A DNA stretch of 49,587 nt from Pseudomonadota bacterium. Its GTDB lineage: Bacteria; Desulfobacterota; QYQD01; JAZDGK01. The DNA lies in NCBI GenBank assembly GCA_043806955.1, contig JAZDGK010000278.1, forward strand, positions 1-49,587, written 5' to 3'. Positions 8,796-17,374 of this stretch are shown piece by piece. Within the stretch, counting starts at the first letter, position 1; each line of letters begins with the position of its first letter. The translations under genes were made by a program, and so were the position numbers. Under the pieces are notes generated by a model that was not told the origin of the DNA, made no database searches, and worked only from the letters and a program-made list of their open reading frames with translations.

Positions 8796-9461
8796 TCACC
8801 AGGAGCCTGTTCCGGTATTTCCGAACAAGACGTCGCCTTTGAAATCTTCCGCTATTTCCCAGCCTTCCGGTAAAGCGGCAAGGAGATTATCCAGGGGGGC
8901 GTCTCCCTCGTACAACCCCCCGTTAGAATACTCGGCATAGAGATACCGGGTCTTTTTTAAGGCCTTTTGCCCTCCGAGGATCAGGTTGATTTCCGCCCCC
9001 TGTATGTCAGCCCATATAAAGTCCACCATATCCACACCGGCGTTATCGAAGAGTTCATCATAAGTGAAACACTGCACCGTGGCCACGCTGTCGAACCTCA
9101 TCCGCGGCCAAACCCTTGTGACACCGCCCGGTTTCAGCAGCGATGACGACCCGCTGTATACCGAACCATCGTCTCCTGTGCCGCTGGACAGGTAGAACTC
9201 ATGCATGCCCCCGGCAGAATGCACGGCGGCCTGGATGAGTGTGATCGACGGGTTGTCCTTGACTCTGTCATGGAGACAGGGAAAGACTCGATGGTCCGGC
9301 TCAAGTGCGAAGTACCTGTATCCGGTACAGAGATTGCCGGCAATCCCGGACAGGATACTCGTATGGTATCCGTCGTTGCACCCGAACTCGAATACTACAC
9401 CCCGTTTACCCGCAATAATCTTCCGGTACCAGTCAAAGATGTCCACGATTTCTCCAGACAA
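8796..9461 (-). CDS. FkbM-family methyltransferase
   Basis: 221-aa ORF with VVFEFGCNDGYHT (SAM-binding), FALEPDHRVF, and VDFIWADIQGAE, typical of Methyltransf_21/FkbM. Confidence 0.75.
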   Translation of the reverse strand: MSGEIVDIFDWYRKIIAGKRGVVFEFGCNDGYHTSILSGIAGNLCTGYRYFALEPDHRVFPCLHDRVKDNPSITLIQAAVHSAGGMHEFYLSSGTGDDGSVYSGSSSLLKPGGVTRVWPRMRFDSVATVQCFTYDELFDNAGVDMVDFIWADIQGAEINLILGGQKALKKTRYLYAEYSNGGLYEGDAPLDNLLAALPEGWEIAEDFKGDVLFGNTGTGSW

Positions 9462-9498
9462 TACAACCAGAAAGACTCACCACGAAGGTTTGTCTTTT

Positions 9499-10134
9499 TC
9501 ATCTTCCCGCTATCAGGTTTTCTGCATTTCGGGCAAGCTCGTGGAACCCGAAGGGGTGCATTATCTTCATCATTGCTTCAATCCAGCCGTCATGCTCGAC
9601 ACAAATAAGTCTAAGCATTGACATTCCGGCAAAGTCGAATGCCCGGAATATCTCCCAGTTGCATGATTCTACATCAAGATTGATGAAATCAAAGTTGCGT
9701 CCGTAAGTACCGAACATCTCCTCCACTGAGACGGTATCTACTTCCACTTCCGAGAAAACTGATTTTGCGCCGTCCTCCCACCTCTTTTTGTGTCGTTCGT
9801 CAAAAGTTGAGATTGCGTCGCCGTTGGAATCATAGAAACGCTGCCGGCCGGTCCGGTCGCTGATGGCCGTTTGAACGACGGTTATGCGAGGATTGTCTCT
9901 ATGTATTTCCCTGAGCCTGGGAAAGACGGACGGCGACGGCTCAAAACAGATACCGCACCACCCCAGTTCGACGAGGCGATAAGTATTGCTGAACGTCTTG
10001 CCGTCATATGCTCCTATATCGAGGAAACGGCCGGTAAAGCCGTTGAAGTATTCCGTAATGACAGCTTCTTCATCGTTTTGTGAGTACACACGAATTGCCT
10101 TTCCCTCTGCATCCCGTTCGAGCAGAGTCGCCAA
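9499..10134 (-). CDS. FkbM-family methyltransferase
   Basis: 211-aa ORF with RFLDIGAYDGKTFSNT, ICFEPSPSVF, and FDFINLDVESCNWEI. Confidence 0.75.
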   Translation of the reverse strand: MATLLERDAEGKAIRVYSQNDEEAVITEYFNGFTGRFLDIGAYDGKTFSNTYRLVELGWCGICFEPSPSVFPRLREIHRDNPRITVVQTAISDRTGRQRFYDSNGDAISTFDERHKKRWEDGAKSVFSEVEVDTVSVEEMFGTYGRNFDFINLDVESCNWEIFRAFDFAGMSMLRLICVEHDGWIEAMMKIMHPFGFHELARNAENLIAGR

Positions 10135-10156
10135 ACAGCAGATCCCGCCTTGGGTA

Positions 10157-10321
10157 CTTAGGATGCGTTACGAAATAACTTGAGCATTCTGAGCGCCGAT
10201 CCATCCCGTCCGGCTGCGTTGCTCGTCGGTTGCATACTCACGGGTATGCGCCCTCCTCGCGCCTTGCCGGACGGGCGCCTCAGCACTCAGAATTGCGCAA
10301 CTTATTCCGTGACAGACCCTT
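10157..10321 (+). repeat. Long-palindrome element P, copy 2 (direct orientation)
   Basis: From 10169 onward it is identical to copy 1 except for two substitutions seen by eye (A/G and T/C). The outermost left terminus has diverged. Confidence 0.88.
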
Positions 10322-10381
10322 TTGTATTCGACATACCTGGCAGAAGTTCCTGAAAAATTCAAGTTAAAAGATGCCGATCGG

Positions 10382-10990
10382 TCAGGAAGGCAGGGGTGAC
10401 GCCTTGGCTGTTACGAGCAGGCGAAGTTTCATTAAATGGGCCTTGAAGTACTCTTCGGTGCCTGCCAGCTTTGCGTTGACCACTGTGACCCAGGTAGGAT
10501 TGGGCAGTTCCGGCCACAGTATGTACAGGCTGACGACCTTCTGATCCTTTTCTGCATCAATACTGACTACCGTATAACCGACCTGACCCCGATTCAGCGC
10601 CTTCAGCGAAAAGCCGGGTACGGGCTGTACACCTTGTCCTCTCGCCAGCGCCAGATTGCCTTGCACCAGAGACAGGAAAGGAGCCTTACAGCTTGCCGGA
10701 AGATCAGCATAGTTCCATTTCAGGTACCCCTGGCTGCGCAGTACGTCGTGAGATGCCGGAGGGAGCCGGGCAAAACCATTGATCAGAGCCGCTGTGCCCG
10801 GGTCTGAGATCTGCATGATAATGGGATGGTTTTTCCCGAGCAAATCGTCGTGTTCCGATGCAGATAGTTCTCCTTTTCCCGCCCGGATGGACAACTGGTA
10901 TTCTTCTTCGAACGAGGCGCCACGGCTGCAACTGCAAAGGCACAGACCGCACAAAAATAAAACAAGCATCTTTAGCCGATTACTTTTCAT
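10382..10990 (-). CDS. Putative lipoprotein of unknown function
   Basis: 202-aa ORF with a signal peptide MKSNRLKMLVLFLCGLCLCSCS (Cys-containing lipobox-like end). I recognise no other motif. Confidence 0.55.
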   Translation of the reverse strand: MKSNRLKMLVLFLCGLCLCSCSRGASFEEEYQLSIRAGKGELSASEHDDLLGKNHPIIMQISDPGTAALINGFARLPPASHDVLRSQGYLKWNYADLPASCKAPFLSLVQGNLALARGQGVQPVPGFSLKALNRGQVGYTVVSIDAEKDQKVVSLYILWPELPNPTWVTVVNAKLAGTEEYFKAHLMKLRLLVTAKASPLPS

Positions 10991-11040
10991 ATTGCCCCCA
11001 TGATGTCCGGCCGGTCCGTAGAAGAATTGATTGAAACAGC

Positions 11041-11252
11041 CCTAGGAGCCTGTCCGAGAACTGATGATCTACTGCGGAAAGCGGGATGACGGCCAGTATA
11101 AGTTTACCGTTATCCGTTTACCGTTGTCCGTAATATCACAAAAGAGTCTTTTCGGTGAACGGTGAACGGCTTTTATCCCTCAAATCCGTGAATATTTGGT
11201 CTCGTCCTCCGCTTTCCTCGCTACGATCCCAGTTCTCGGACAGACTCCTAGG
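11041..11252. repeat. Family A element variant with nested heptamer element
   Basis: The ends CCTAGGAGCCTGTCCGAG...GATGATCTACTGCGGAA and GAATATTTGGTCTCGTCCTCC...CGGACAGACTCCTAGG match family A. The centre is replaced by element 11103-11169. Confidence 0.7.
11103..11169. repeat. Heptamer-armed hairpin element (CCGTTCA arrays), short copy
   Basis: TTTACCGTTATCCGTTTACCGTTGTCCG faces TTCGGTGAACGGTGAACGG across about 20 nt. Nested inside a family A element. Confidence 0.8.
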
Positions 11253-11271
11253 AAGACAGGCGCCTAGAAAT

Positions 11272-11400
11272 CTGACCCGCTGGGATTGCCTCTCAGCCTT
11301 CTCGCCTCCCGGCATCCCAGCCTTCAAGCCTTCAAGGGTTAGAATCCTCGCCTTCCTTGACCCTGAAACAAAATTGAGAGTTTTTCGACACCCTCTTAGA
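11272..11400 (+). repeat. Family B element, half copy
   Basis: Matches the right half of 36730-36937 (CGCTGGGATTGCCTCTCAGCCTTCTCGCCTCCC...GAGAGTTTTTCGACACCCTCTTAGA). Confidence 0.8.
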
Positions 11401-11449
11401 AATAATCCTGAAAAAATACAGTAAACCACGAAAAATAGCAATTGATTAC

Positions 11450-11669
11450 GGCACCCCAAATCCACCGCCTATTTTCTGTTGCATCCGCGCGGGCGAAGTC
11501 AAAATACGTCCGTGAAATCAGTTCACCTTGGGTGGTGCTTTGACCACGGACCATGCACCATTGACGATATGTTTTCGTGGTCTATCGTCCATCGTCTATG
11601 GTCAATCCGCCGCAGTAGATCAGATAGTTACTTGCCCTGACTGACCTTTGGCGGCGGATTTGGGGCGCC
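11450..11669. repeat. 220-bp element L bounded by 20-bp inverted repeats
   Basis: GGCACCCCAAATCCACCGCC (11450-11469) and GGCGGCGGATTTGGGGCGCC (11650-11669). Confidence 0.65.
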
Positions 11670-11939
11670 ACAATCACGGTAAATTTGTTGTCCCCCCCTT
11701 TCGAAGTCAGGCAGGTGCGGATGCGTTTTGTGTCCTCCGCAAGTAGTCGAAAACCAAGCGGACGTTGCGTGTAAGCTCTCGCATTTTGTGTGTGACGGTT
11801 GTCCCGACATAATTACAAGCAATGGAGATTATCGCTTATTTGGGTCAGAACAAAGTCGCCCTGGCGTTAAGGCAGGGAATGTTGGAATTCCAACGATTTT
11901 TGGTGGGATTTAGAGTTTCATAATAGACTCGTCCACAAA

Positions 11940-11962
11940 CCGGCCTTCGCGGACGAGGCCGG
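11940..11962 (-). terminator. Terminator-like hairpin after the FmdB-family gene
   Basis: CCGGCCT-CGTCCGCGA-AGGCCGG on the minus strand, followed by TTTGTGG. Confidence 0.4.
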
Positions 11963-12011
11963 ATGTCTCCGAGAAGCGTGATCCGGCAAAGTATTTGAAG
12001 AAGTTAAGACG

Positions 12012-12272
12012 TTACTTGCGGCCGGTTTTTCCGCAGCAGCTTCCCGGGCCTGCACAGGTTGCAGATGTGCCCGGCACCGATCCGCAGCATCCCGTATCTC
12101 TTGCCCCGGGCAGTCTTTCTTTTGAAACGCCGGAAAAGGAAGCAGTGGCTGAGAGGATTCTCCCGACATCGGACGAGTTACAGTGCGGGCAGGTCGGGTC
12201 ATCCGTCATCTTGTAGACCAACAGCTCAAATCTGTTCCCACATTGGGTGCAGATGTATTCAAATATAGGCAT
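12012..12272 (-). CDS. FmdB-family zinc-ribbon protein
   Basis: Starts MPIFEYICTQCGNRFELL....CPHCNS and has a Gly/Cys-rich tail, the CxxC_CxxC_SSSS family pattern. Confidence 0.85.
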   Translation of the reverse strand: MPIFEYICTQCGNRFELLVYKMTDDPTCPHCNSSDVGRILSATASFSGVSKERLPGARDTGCCGSVPGTSATCAGPGSCCGKTGRK

Positions 12273-12289
12273 AGTTCCATCCTTATTCT

Positions 12290-12949
12290 TTATTCTTCCA
12301 TGAGCGCCTTGCGCATGGAGATGATAGTCTCGGCGTAGTCGCTGCTGCCGAATACGGCAGACCCCGCTACAAAGATATCCGCCCCTGCTCTGGCTGCCAG
12401 TTTAGCAGTTTCCAGATTGATTCCGCCGTCCACTTCAATCTCAACCGGAAGGCCGAGCTTGTCGACCAGTTCCCGCAATTGAGAGATTTTACGAACGATG
12501 CCCGGAATAAAAGACTGGCCCCCGAAACCGGGATTGACACTCATCAGCAATATCATATCAATTTCATCGAGCAAATACTCAATAGTAGTGAGAGGAGTTG
12601 CGGGATTCAAAACCACACCCGCTTTTATGCCCTGTTTCCTGATGGCACTTACGGTCCGGTTCAGGTGGTTACACGTCTCGACGTGTACGGTGACGATGTC
12701 CGATCCGGCCCGGGCGAATTCTTCAATAAACTGATCGGGATTTGAGATCATAAGATGAACATCGAGAGGCAGGGAGGTGATCCGGCGGACGGCTTCAACA
12801 ACAAGAGGACCGATTGTTATGTTCGGAACAAAATGACCGTCCATGACGTCAATGTGAATGAGGTCCGCTCCGGCTTTCTCAACGGCTCTTATTTCCTCGC
12901 CAAGCCGACTGAAATCGGCAGAAAGAATTGACGGCGCTATTTTTTTCAT
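12290..12949 (-). CDS. rpe: Ribulose-phosphate 3-epimerase
   Basis: ORF track gives 12290..13039. The conserved start [19 protein letters not shown] is at ATG 12949. [12 protein letters not shown] and [10 protein letters not shown] motifs are present. Confidence 0.92.
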   Translation of the reverse strand: MKKIAPSILSADFSRLGEEIRAVEKAGADLIHIDVMDGHFVPNITIGPLVVEAVRRITSLPLDVHLMISNPDQFIEEFARAGSDIVTVHVETCNHLNRTVSAIRKQGIKAGVVLNPATPLTTIEYLLDEIDMILLMSVNPGFGGQSFIPGIVRKISQLRELVDKLGLPVEIEVDGGINLETAKLAARAGADIFVAGSAVFGSSDYAETIISMRKALMEE

Positions 12950-13146
12950 CAGATTCGTTGATCTCCCCTGCAATTTCTTCGTGGAAAGAGGCGGATGGCG
13001 AACAGAACGCAGACTAGCGGTATCGAAATAAAAAGTCAATGGATTACTCAGCCCGGGGAAACAGCTTAAACTTTACTTTCGGGGGCAAAAATGGTAATAG
13101 TTTCTGCTTAAAAGTTATTTTAACTGCCCGCCGGAGGCTCAGGTGT

Positions 13147-13509
13147 ATGAACCCAGAAAAGATTACGTTTTTCAAGGAACTGTTGGAGCAAAAAAAAGCG
13201 GAATTATTGAGTGAGGCCGAGAAGACACTCTCCGGGATGACGGATTCGCCCGACAATTTTCCGGATCCCGCCGATCGTGCAACTCTCGAATCAGACCGCA
13301 ATTTCGAATTGCGAATTCGAGACAGGGAAAGAAGGCTGCTGCAGAAGATCCGGAGCGCCGTTGAACGGATAGAGAGCGGGACCTTTGGGATATGTGACAG
13401 TTGTGGAGAGGATATCTCCGAAGAAAGACTGCGTGCTCGTCCCGTAACCACCCTGTGCCTCGAATGTAAGAAGAAAGAAGAATCTGCAGAAAAGGCGCGT
13501 GGCTCATAA
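13147..13509 (+). CDS. dksA: RNA polymerase-binding transcription factor DksA/TraR family
   Basis: ATG 13147 follows GGAGG. Contains a coiled-coil region with DPADRA, and the C4 zinc finger CDSCGEDI...LCLECK. Confidence 0.85.
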   Translation: MNPEKITFFKELLEQKKAELLSEAEKTLSGMTDSPDNFPDPADRATLESDRNFELRIRDRERRLLQKIRSAVERIESGTFGICDSCGEDISEERLRARPVTTLCLECKKKEESAEKARGS

Positions 13510-13515
13510 GAAGCT

Positions 13516-15693
13516 ATGGCATTGCCTCCGCTTTATATTTGTTTTCTATGGCACATGCATCAGCCATATTACAGGGACCCGTTTACGCATAGGTATTCCA
13601 TGCCCTGGGTCCGGTTTCATGCCTTAAAAGCCTACTACGACATGCCCGCTCTGCTGGACGGGTTTAGATCAATCCGACAGACATTCAATCTGGTCCCGTC
13701 CCTTCTGCTCCAACTCGAAGAATACGCTTCAGGCCAAGCCAAAGACGATTTTTTGGATGTGAGCCTGAAACCGGCAGGAGAACTCTCTCCGGAAGACAAA
13801 GAGTTCCTCCTGGCCAATTTTTTCAACTGCAATTGCGAGAACATGATTAGACCCCATCCGCGCTATTGGGAACTGCTCCTTAAGCGGGGGATGAACGTAA
13901 GCGAGTCTCAACTCAGGGAGGCTGTTGCCCGGTTTAATACTCAGGATTTTCTTGATCTGCAGATATGGTTAAATCTTGCCTGGTTCGGCTATACAAGCCA
14001 GGACAAGACGTCAATTCGAGCCTTGCTGCAGAAAGGGCGATTTTTCACCGAATCCGACAAAACTGTCTTATTCGACGTCCAGAGAGAAGTAATCAAAGGA
14101 CTTATACCTTTATATAAGAGGCTGGCAGAAAAAGGGCAGATTGAAATCAGCACCAGCCCGTTTTATCATCCTATTCTGCCGCTGCTGTTTGATTCCGATT
14201 TTGCCCGGCGGGCACGGACGGACGTAAGCCTGCCGTCTCGATTCTCCTATCCTGAAGATACAAAATGGCACCTCCGGGAGGCACTCCGTTTTCATGAAAA
14301 GACCTTTGGAATAAGGCCGGTCGGGCTGTGGCCTTCAGAGGGATCCGTATGCCCTGAAATGATTCCGATTTGCCGCGAACTGGGGATCGAGTGGGCGGCC
14401 AGCGACGAAGCCGTTCTGTTCAACTCCGCCCGCGATGACCAGAGCAGGAATGCTCTGTTTTATCCCTTCGGGGTTGACCATGACGGCGCCAGAATAAACA
14501 TGATCTTTCGCGATCATGCGCTTTCCGACCTCTTCGGTTTCGTCTATTATCGCAACGAACCGCACCATTCAGCGGCAGATTTCTTCTACCATCTCCAGAA
14601 TATCAGGAGCCAGTGGGAATCGGGCGATCCACTTCTGCTCAACATTATCCTGGATGGAGAAAACGCATGGGAGCATTACAGTGACGGTGGAAAGGCATTT
14701 CTTTCCGGAATCTACGAGAGGCTTTCAAAGAGCAGTGATTTCAAGACTACCACGGTATCTGATTACCTCCGTGAATTTCCACCGAAACGTTCGATCAGCA
14801 ATCTCTACACCGGTTCGTGGATAAACCGCAATTTTGATATCTGGATCGGTGGGGTCGAGGAGAACACCGCGTGGGATTGCCTTAAAGAAACAAGACTCTT
14901 CTTGTCCAAGAGGGTCAGAGACAAGAAAGAATCGGAAAAGAATCGCATAGAAGAGGCTTATAATGCCCTTTATGCAGCCGAAGGCAGTGATTGGTTCTGG
15001 TGGTATGGCGACCAGTTTTCAAATGCTTATGCCTTTGAATTCGACCGACTTTTCCGGCAGCATCTCTCACAGGTTTACCAGGCGCTGGGGTCCGAGGTCC
15101 CGGAAAGAATAACACTGCCCATCAAACAGACTAGAAAGGCCGTACCCCTGAGAGAGCCGAGTGGATTCATCCATCCCGTCCTTGACGGCCGCCAGACCCA
15201 GTTTTTCGAGTGGAGTGGAGCAGGTTATTTTGAGGACAAGGCGCTGGGAGGCGCCATGTACCATGGAAAGAATGCCATCTCAGGGATATGGTATGGATTC
15301 GATTTGGAGAATCTCTATCTGCGGCTGGACATAAGGGAGCAAGACTTATTAAAGTGGCCCTTGGGGAAGGAAATCTGCGTTGTTCTGCAGGGCACTCAGC
15401 CCTCGTTCCTTGTCTTTGTTCCAACCGTGGCGGCAAAAGACAGTAAGTATCGTTTTTATGAGGGCAGGCCGGACCATTGTAAAGCTCTTGGCGAATTCGA
15501 TTCCATTCGGTCTTCTAAACTGGTCGAACTGGCAGTGCCTTTCAAGCAACTGCACTCCAAGGCCGGGGAAGAGATTCGATTCACAGTGGAGATTAAGACC
15601 CGAGGTTTGACGGAAGAGAGGCATCCATCAACGGGCTATCTTTCTATCGCCGTACCGGATGAGAATTTCGAGCGCGTGCGGTGGCAGGTTTGA
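13516..15693 (+). CDS. Glycoside hydrolase family 57 protein (alpha-glucan-active enzyme)
   Basis: 725-aa ORF with N-terminal FLWHMHQPYYRD, WPSEGSV and ILDGENAWE motifs characteristic of GH57. Confidence 0.85.
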   Translation: MALPPLYICFLWHMHQPYYRDPFTHRYSMPWVRFHALKAYYDMPALLDGFRSIRQTFNLVPSLLLQLEEYASGQAKDDFLDVSLKPAGELSPEDKEFLLANFFNCNCENMIRPHPRYWELLLKRGMNVSESQLREAVARFNTQDFLDLQIWLNLAWFGYTSQDKTSIRALLQKGRFFTESDKTVLFDVQREVIKGLIPLYKRLAEKGQIEISTSPFYHPILPLLFDSDFARRARTDVSLPSRFSYPEDTKWHLREALRFHEKTFGIRPVGLWPSEGSVCPEMIPICRELGIEWAASDEAVLFNSARDDQSRNALFYPFGVDHDGARINMIFRDHALSDLFGFVYYRNEPHHSAADFFYHLQNIRSQWESGDPLLLNIILDGENAWEHYSDGGKAFLSGIYERLSKSSDFKTTTVSDYLREFPPKRSISNLYTGSWINRNFDIWIGGVEENTAWDCLKETRLFLSKRVRDKKESEKNRIEEAYNALYAAEGSDWFWWYGDQFSNAYAFEFDRLFRQHLSQVYQALGSEVPERITLPIKQTRKAVPLREPSGFIHPVLDGRQTQFFEWSGAGYFEDKALGGAMYHGKNAISGIWYGFDLENLYLRLDIREQDLLKWPLGKEICVVLQGTQPSFLVFVPTVAAKDSKYRFYEGRPDHCKALGEFDSIRSSKLVELAVPFKQLHSKAGEEIRFTVEIKTRGLTEERHPSTGYLSIAVPDENFERVRWQV

Positions 15694-15696
15694 GAT

Positions 15697-15727
15697 AACG
15701 TTCACCATTGACCGTTATCCGTTCACC
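15697..15727 (+). repeat. Heptamer array, solo arm
   Basis: AACGTTCACCATTGACCGTTATCCGTTCACCG, lying 4 nt after the GH57 stop codon. Confidence 0.75.
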
Positions 15728-16014
15728 GAAAAAAACGTTTTTCGCACGGGGCAGTGGCCGAACAGCGGGCACGAAGTGAAGTTGGAAGAAGTAGAGATGC
15801 GTGTACGGTGCAGGGTCACCTCTGATTCTTTAATTATGTCGAATCATTATTAATATAGAGCAGGACAGCATCTTATTCCTTGGAATTTCTATCAATACTA
15901 TTAAAGTGGAAGGTCAATAGATCCGTCAACTCTAAGTGGGGGAAAGATAAAGACCGGAAGCATCTGGTATTCCCAGCGGGTTTCCGTTCGCACTAATCCT
16001 CATACACATTGGCC

Positions 16015-16176
16015 AGGAGCCTGTCGGACTTAGGGGATCGTCACGAGGAAGTGGAGGGACGAGACCAAATATTCACGAATTTGAGGCGCATAGTGTTGCT
16101 ATGCAACGAAAATTCGGGGATATTTGGGCCGTCTCCGCCACTTCCGCAGTAGATCATCCTAAGTCCGACAGGCTCT
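16015..16176 (+). repeat. Family A element (about 162 bp, TIR AGGAGCCTGTCGGACTTAGG)
   Basis: Bounded by AGGAGCCTGTCGGACTTAGG and CCTAAGTCCGACAGGCTC. Ends 15 nt upstream of the galT ATG. Confidence 0.88.
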
Positions 16177-16190
16177 CAGGAGGAGTAATC

Positions 16191-17186
16191 ATGCCGGAAT
16201 TACGTAAGGACCCGATAGTTGGACGGTGGGTCATCATTTCAAAGGAACGGGGCAAAAGGCCGTCTGATTTCATAGTGGAAAAAGAAGCAACCAAAGGCGG
16301 GTTCTGCCCGCTCTGCGCCGGAAACGAGAATACCACACCCAAAGAGGTCCTCGCCTATGGCCGCACCGGCGAGCCGGATACCGGGGGATGGACCGTGCGG
16401 GTTGTCCCTAACAAGTACCCCGCTCTAATGATAGAAGGGGACCTGGATAAAGAAGGAGAAGGCGTCTATGACAAGATGAACGGCATTGGCGCACACGAAG
16501 TAATAGTTGAGACTCCCAATCATGATGCCACACTGGCCCAGCTTCCGCCCGATGAAATCGTCCAGATCCTCTATGCATACCGCGACAGAATTGTCGATCT
16601 GGCCAGAGATTGTCGATTCAGATACGTAATGATATTCAAGAATTATGGGCAGTCGGCAGGGGCATCCCTGGAACACTCACATTCACAGCTCATAGCGCTT
16701 CCAGTCGTGCCCGAACTGGTTACCGAAGAGTTGCAGGGGGCCAAGACCTACTTCAACTATAAGGAGCGTTGTGTCTTCTGTGACATTATTCGTCAGGAAC
16801 TGACACAGGGAACGAGACTGGTTTGCGACAATCAGGACTTCGTCACAATAACCCCCTATGCTCCCCGTGCGCCGTTCGAAATGTGGGTGTTGCCCAAAAA
16901 GCACCGGTCGTCATATGTAGATATGACCGATGCTGAGTTTTATCAACTGGCAGAGATTTTTTCTGAGACTTTTCGGCGCTTGAATTCTGCAATTCAGCAT
17001 GTTCCGTATAATTATGTATTGCATACGAAACCTTTGAAAGAAGGATCATTGGAATACTTTCACTGGCATTTTGAAATAATGCCCAAGTTGACTATGATAG
17101 CCGGGTTCGAATGGGGTACGGGGTTCTATATTAATCCCATTCCTCCTGAAGATTCCGCCAAATTCCTGCGTGAACTGACAATTTAG
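16191..17186 (+). CDS. galT: Galactose-1-phosphate uridylyltransferase-like (GalT/HIT class) nucleotidyltransferase
   Basis: ORF track gives 16101..17186, but its first 30 codons are repeat-encoded. ATG 16191 is preceded by AGGAGG. Contains CPLC zinc-site cysteines and the active-site HSHSQ (HxHxQ). Confidence 0.85.
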   Translation: MPELRKDPIVGRWVIISKERGKRPSDFIVEKEATKGGFCPLCAGNENTTPKEVLAYGRTGEPDTGGWTVRVVPNKYPALMIEGDLDKEGEGVYDKMNGIGAHEVIVETPNHDATLAQLPPDEIVQILYAYRDRIVDLARDCRFRYVMIFKNYGQSAGASLEHSHSQLIALPVVPELVTEELQGAKTYFNYKERCVFCDIIRQELTQGTRLVCDNQDFVTITPYAPRAPFEMWVLPKKHRSSYVDMTDAEFYQLAEIFSETFRRLNSAIQHVPYNYVLHTKPLKEGSLEYFHWHFEIMPKLTMIAGFEWGTGFYINPIPPEDSAKFLRELTI

Positions 17187-17348
17187 GAGCCTGTCGGACT
17201 TAGGGATGATCTACTGCGGAAGTGGGGGGAACGGCCCAAATATCCCCGAATTTTCGTTGCATAGCAACACTATGCGCCTCAAATTCGCGAATATTTGGTC
17301 TCGTTCCTCCACTTCCTCGTGACGATCCCCTAAGTCCGACAGACTCCT
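17185..17348 (-). repeat. Family A element, inverted copy
   Basis: Reverse complement of 16015-16176 with about 7 differences by eye. Its first bases overlap the galT TAG stop. Confidence 0.88.
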
Positions 17349-17374
17349 AGGAAGACGGGGCGCGTCTATCCACA

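Noticed and set aside
6108-10321. A diversity-generating retroelement: the Avd-like four-helix-bundle gene next to a ~165-bp sequence repeated 3.7 kb away could be a TR/VR pair.
   Set aside because: No reverse transcriptase gene is present. The two copies differ at only two internal positions, and those are not a pattern of adenine-specific substitutions. Both copies are long palindromes lying in non-coding or junction DNA, not at the 3' end of a target gene.
6312-10321. An integron-like cassette, with element P acting as attC sites.
   Set aside because: The termini do not fit the RYYYAAC / GTTRRRY core sites. The enclosed segment holds four genes in two orientations rather than a single promoterless ORF. 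No intI gene is present.
15730-16010. A possible small gene or RNA in the 300-bp unique AT-rich spacer after the heptamer arm downstream of GH57.
   Set aside because: The only ORF (15659..15853) has no Shine-Dalgarno sequence or motif. I could find no convincing hairpin, promoter or conserved repeat in this stretch.
16101-16190. N-terminal extensions given by the ORF track for galT, rpe, dksA, gspJ, gspK, rsmE, prmA, the PAS kinase, the GT-C protein and the PxxKW gene.
   Set aside because: In each case the extension is encoded by repeat-element DNA or overlaps the upstream gene. An internal ATG with a good Shine-Dalgarno sequence coincides with the conserved N-terminus of the family.
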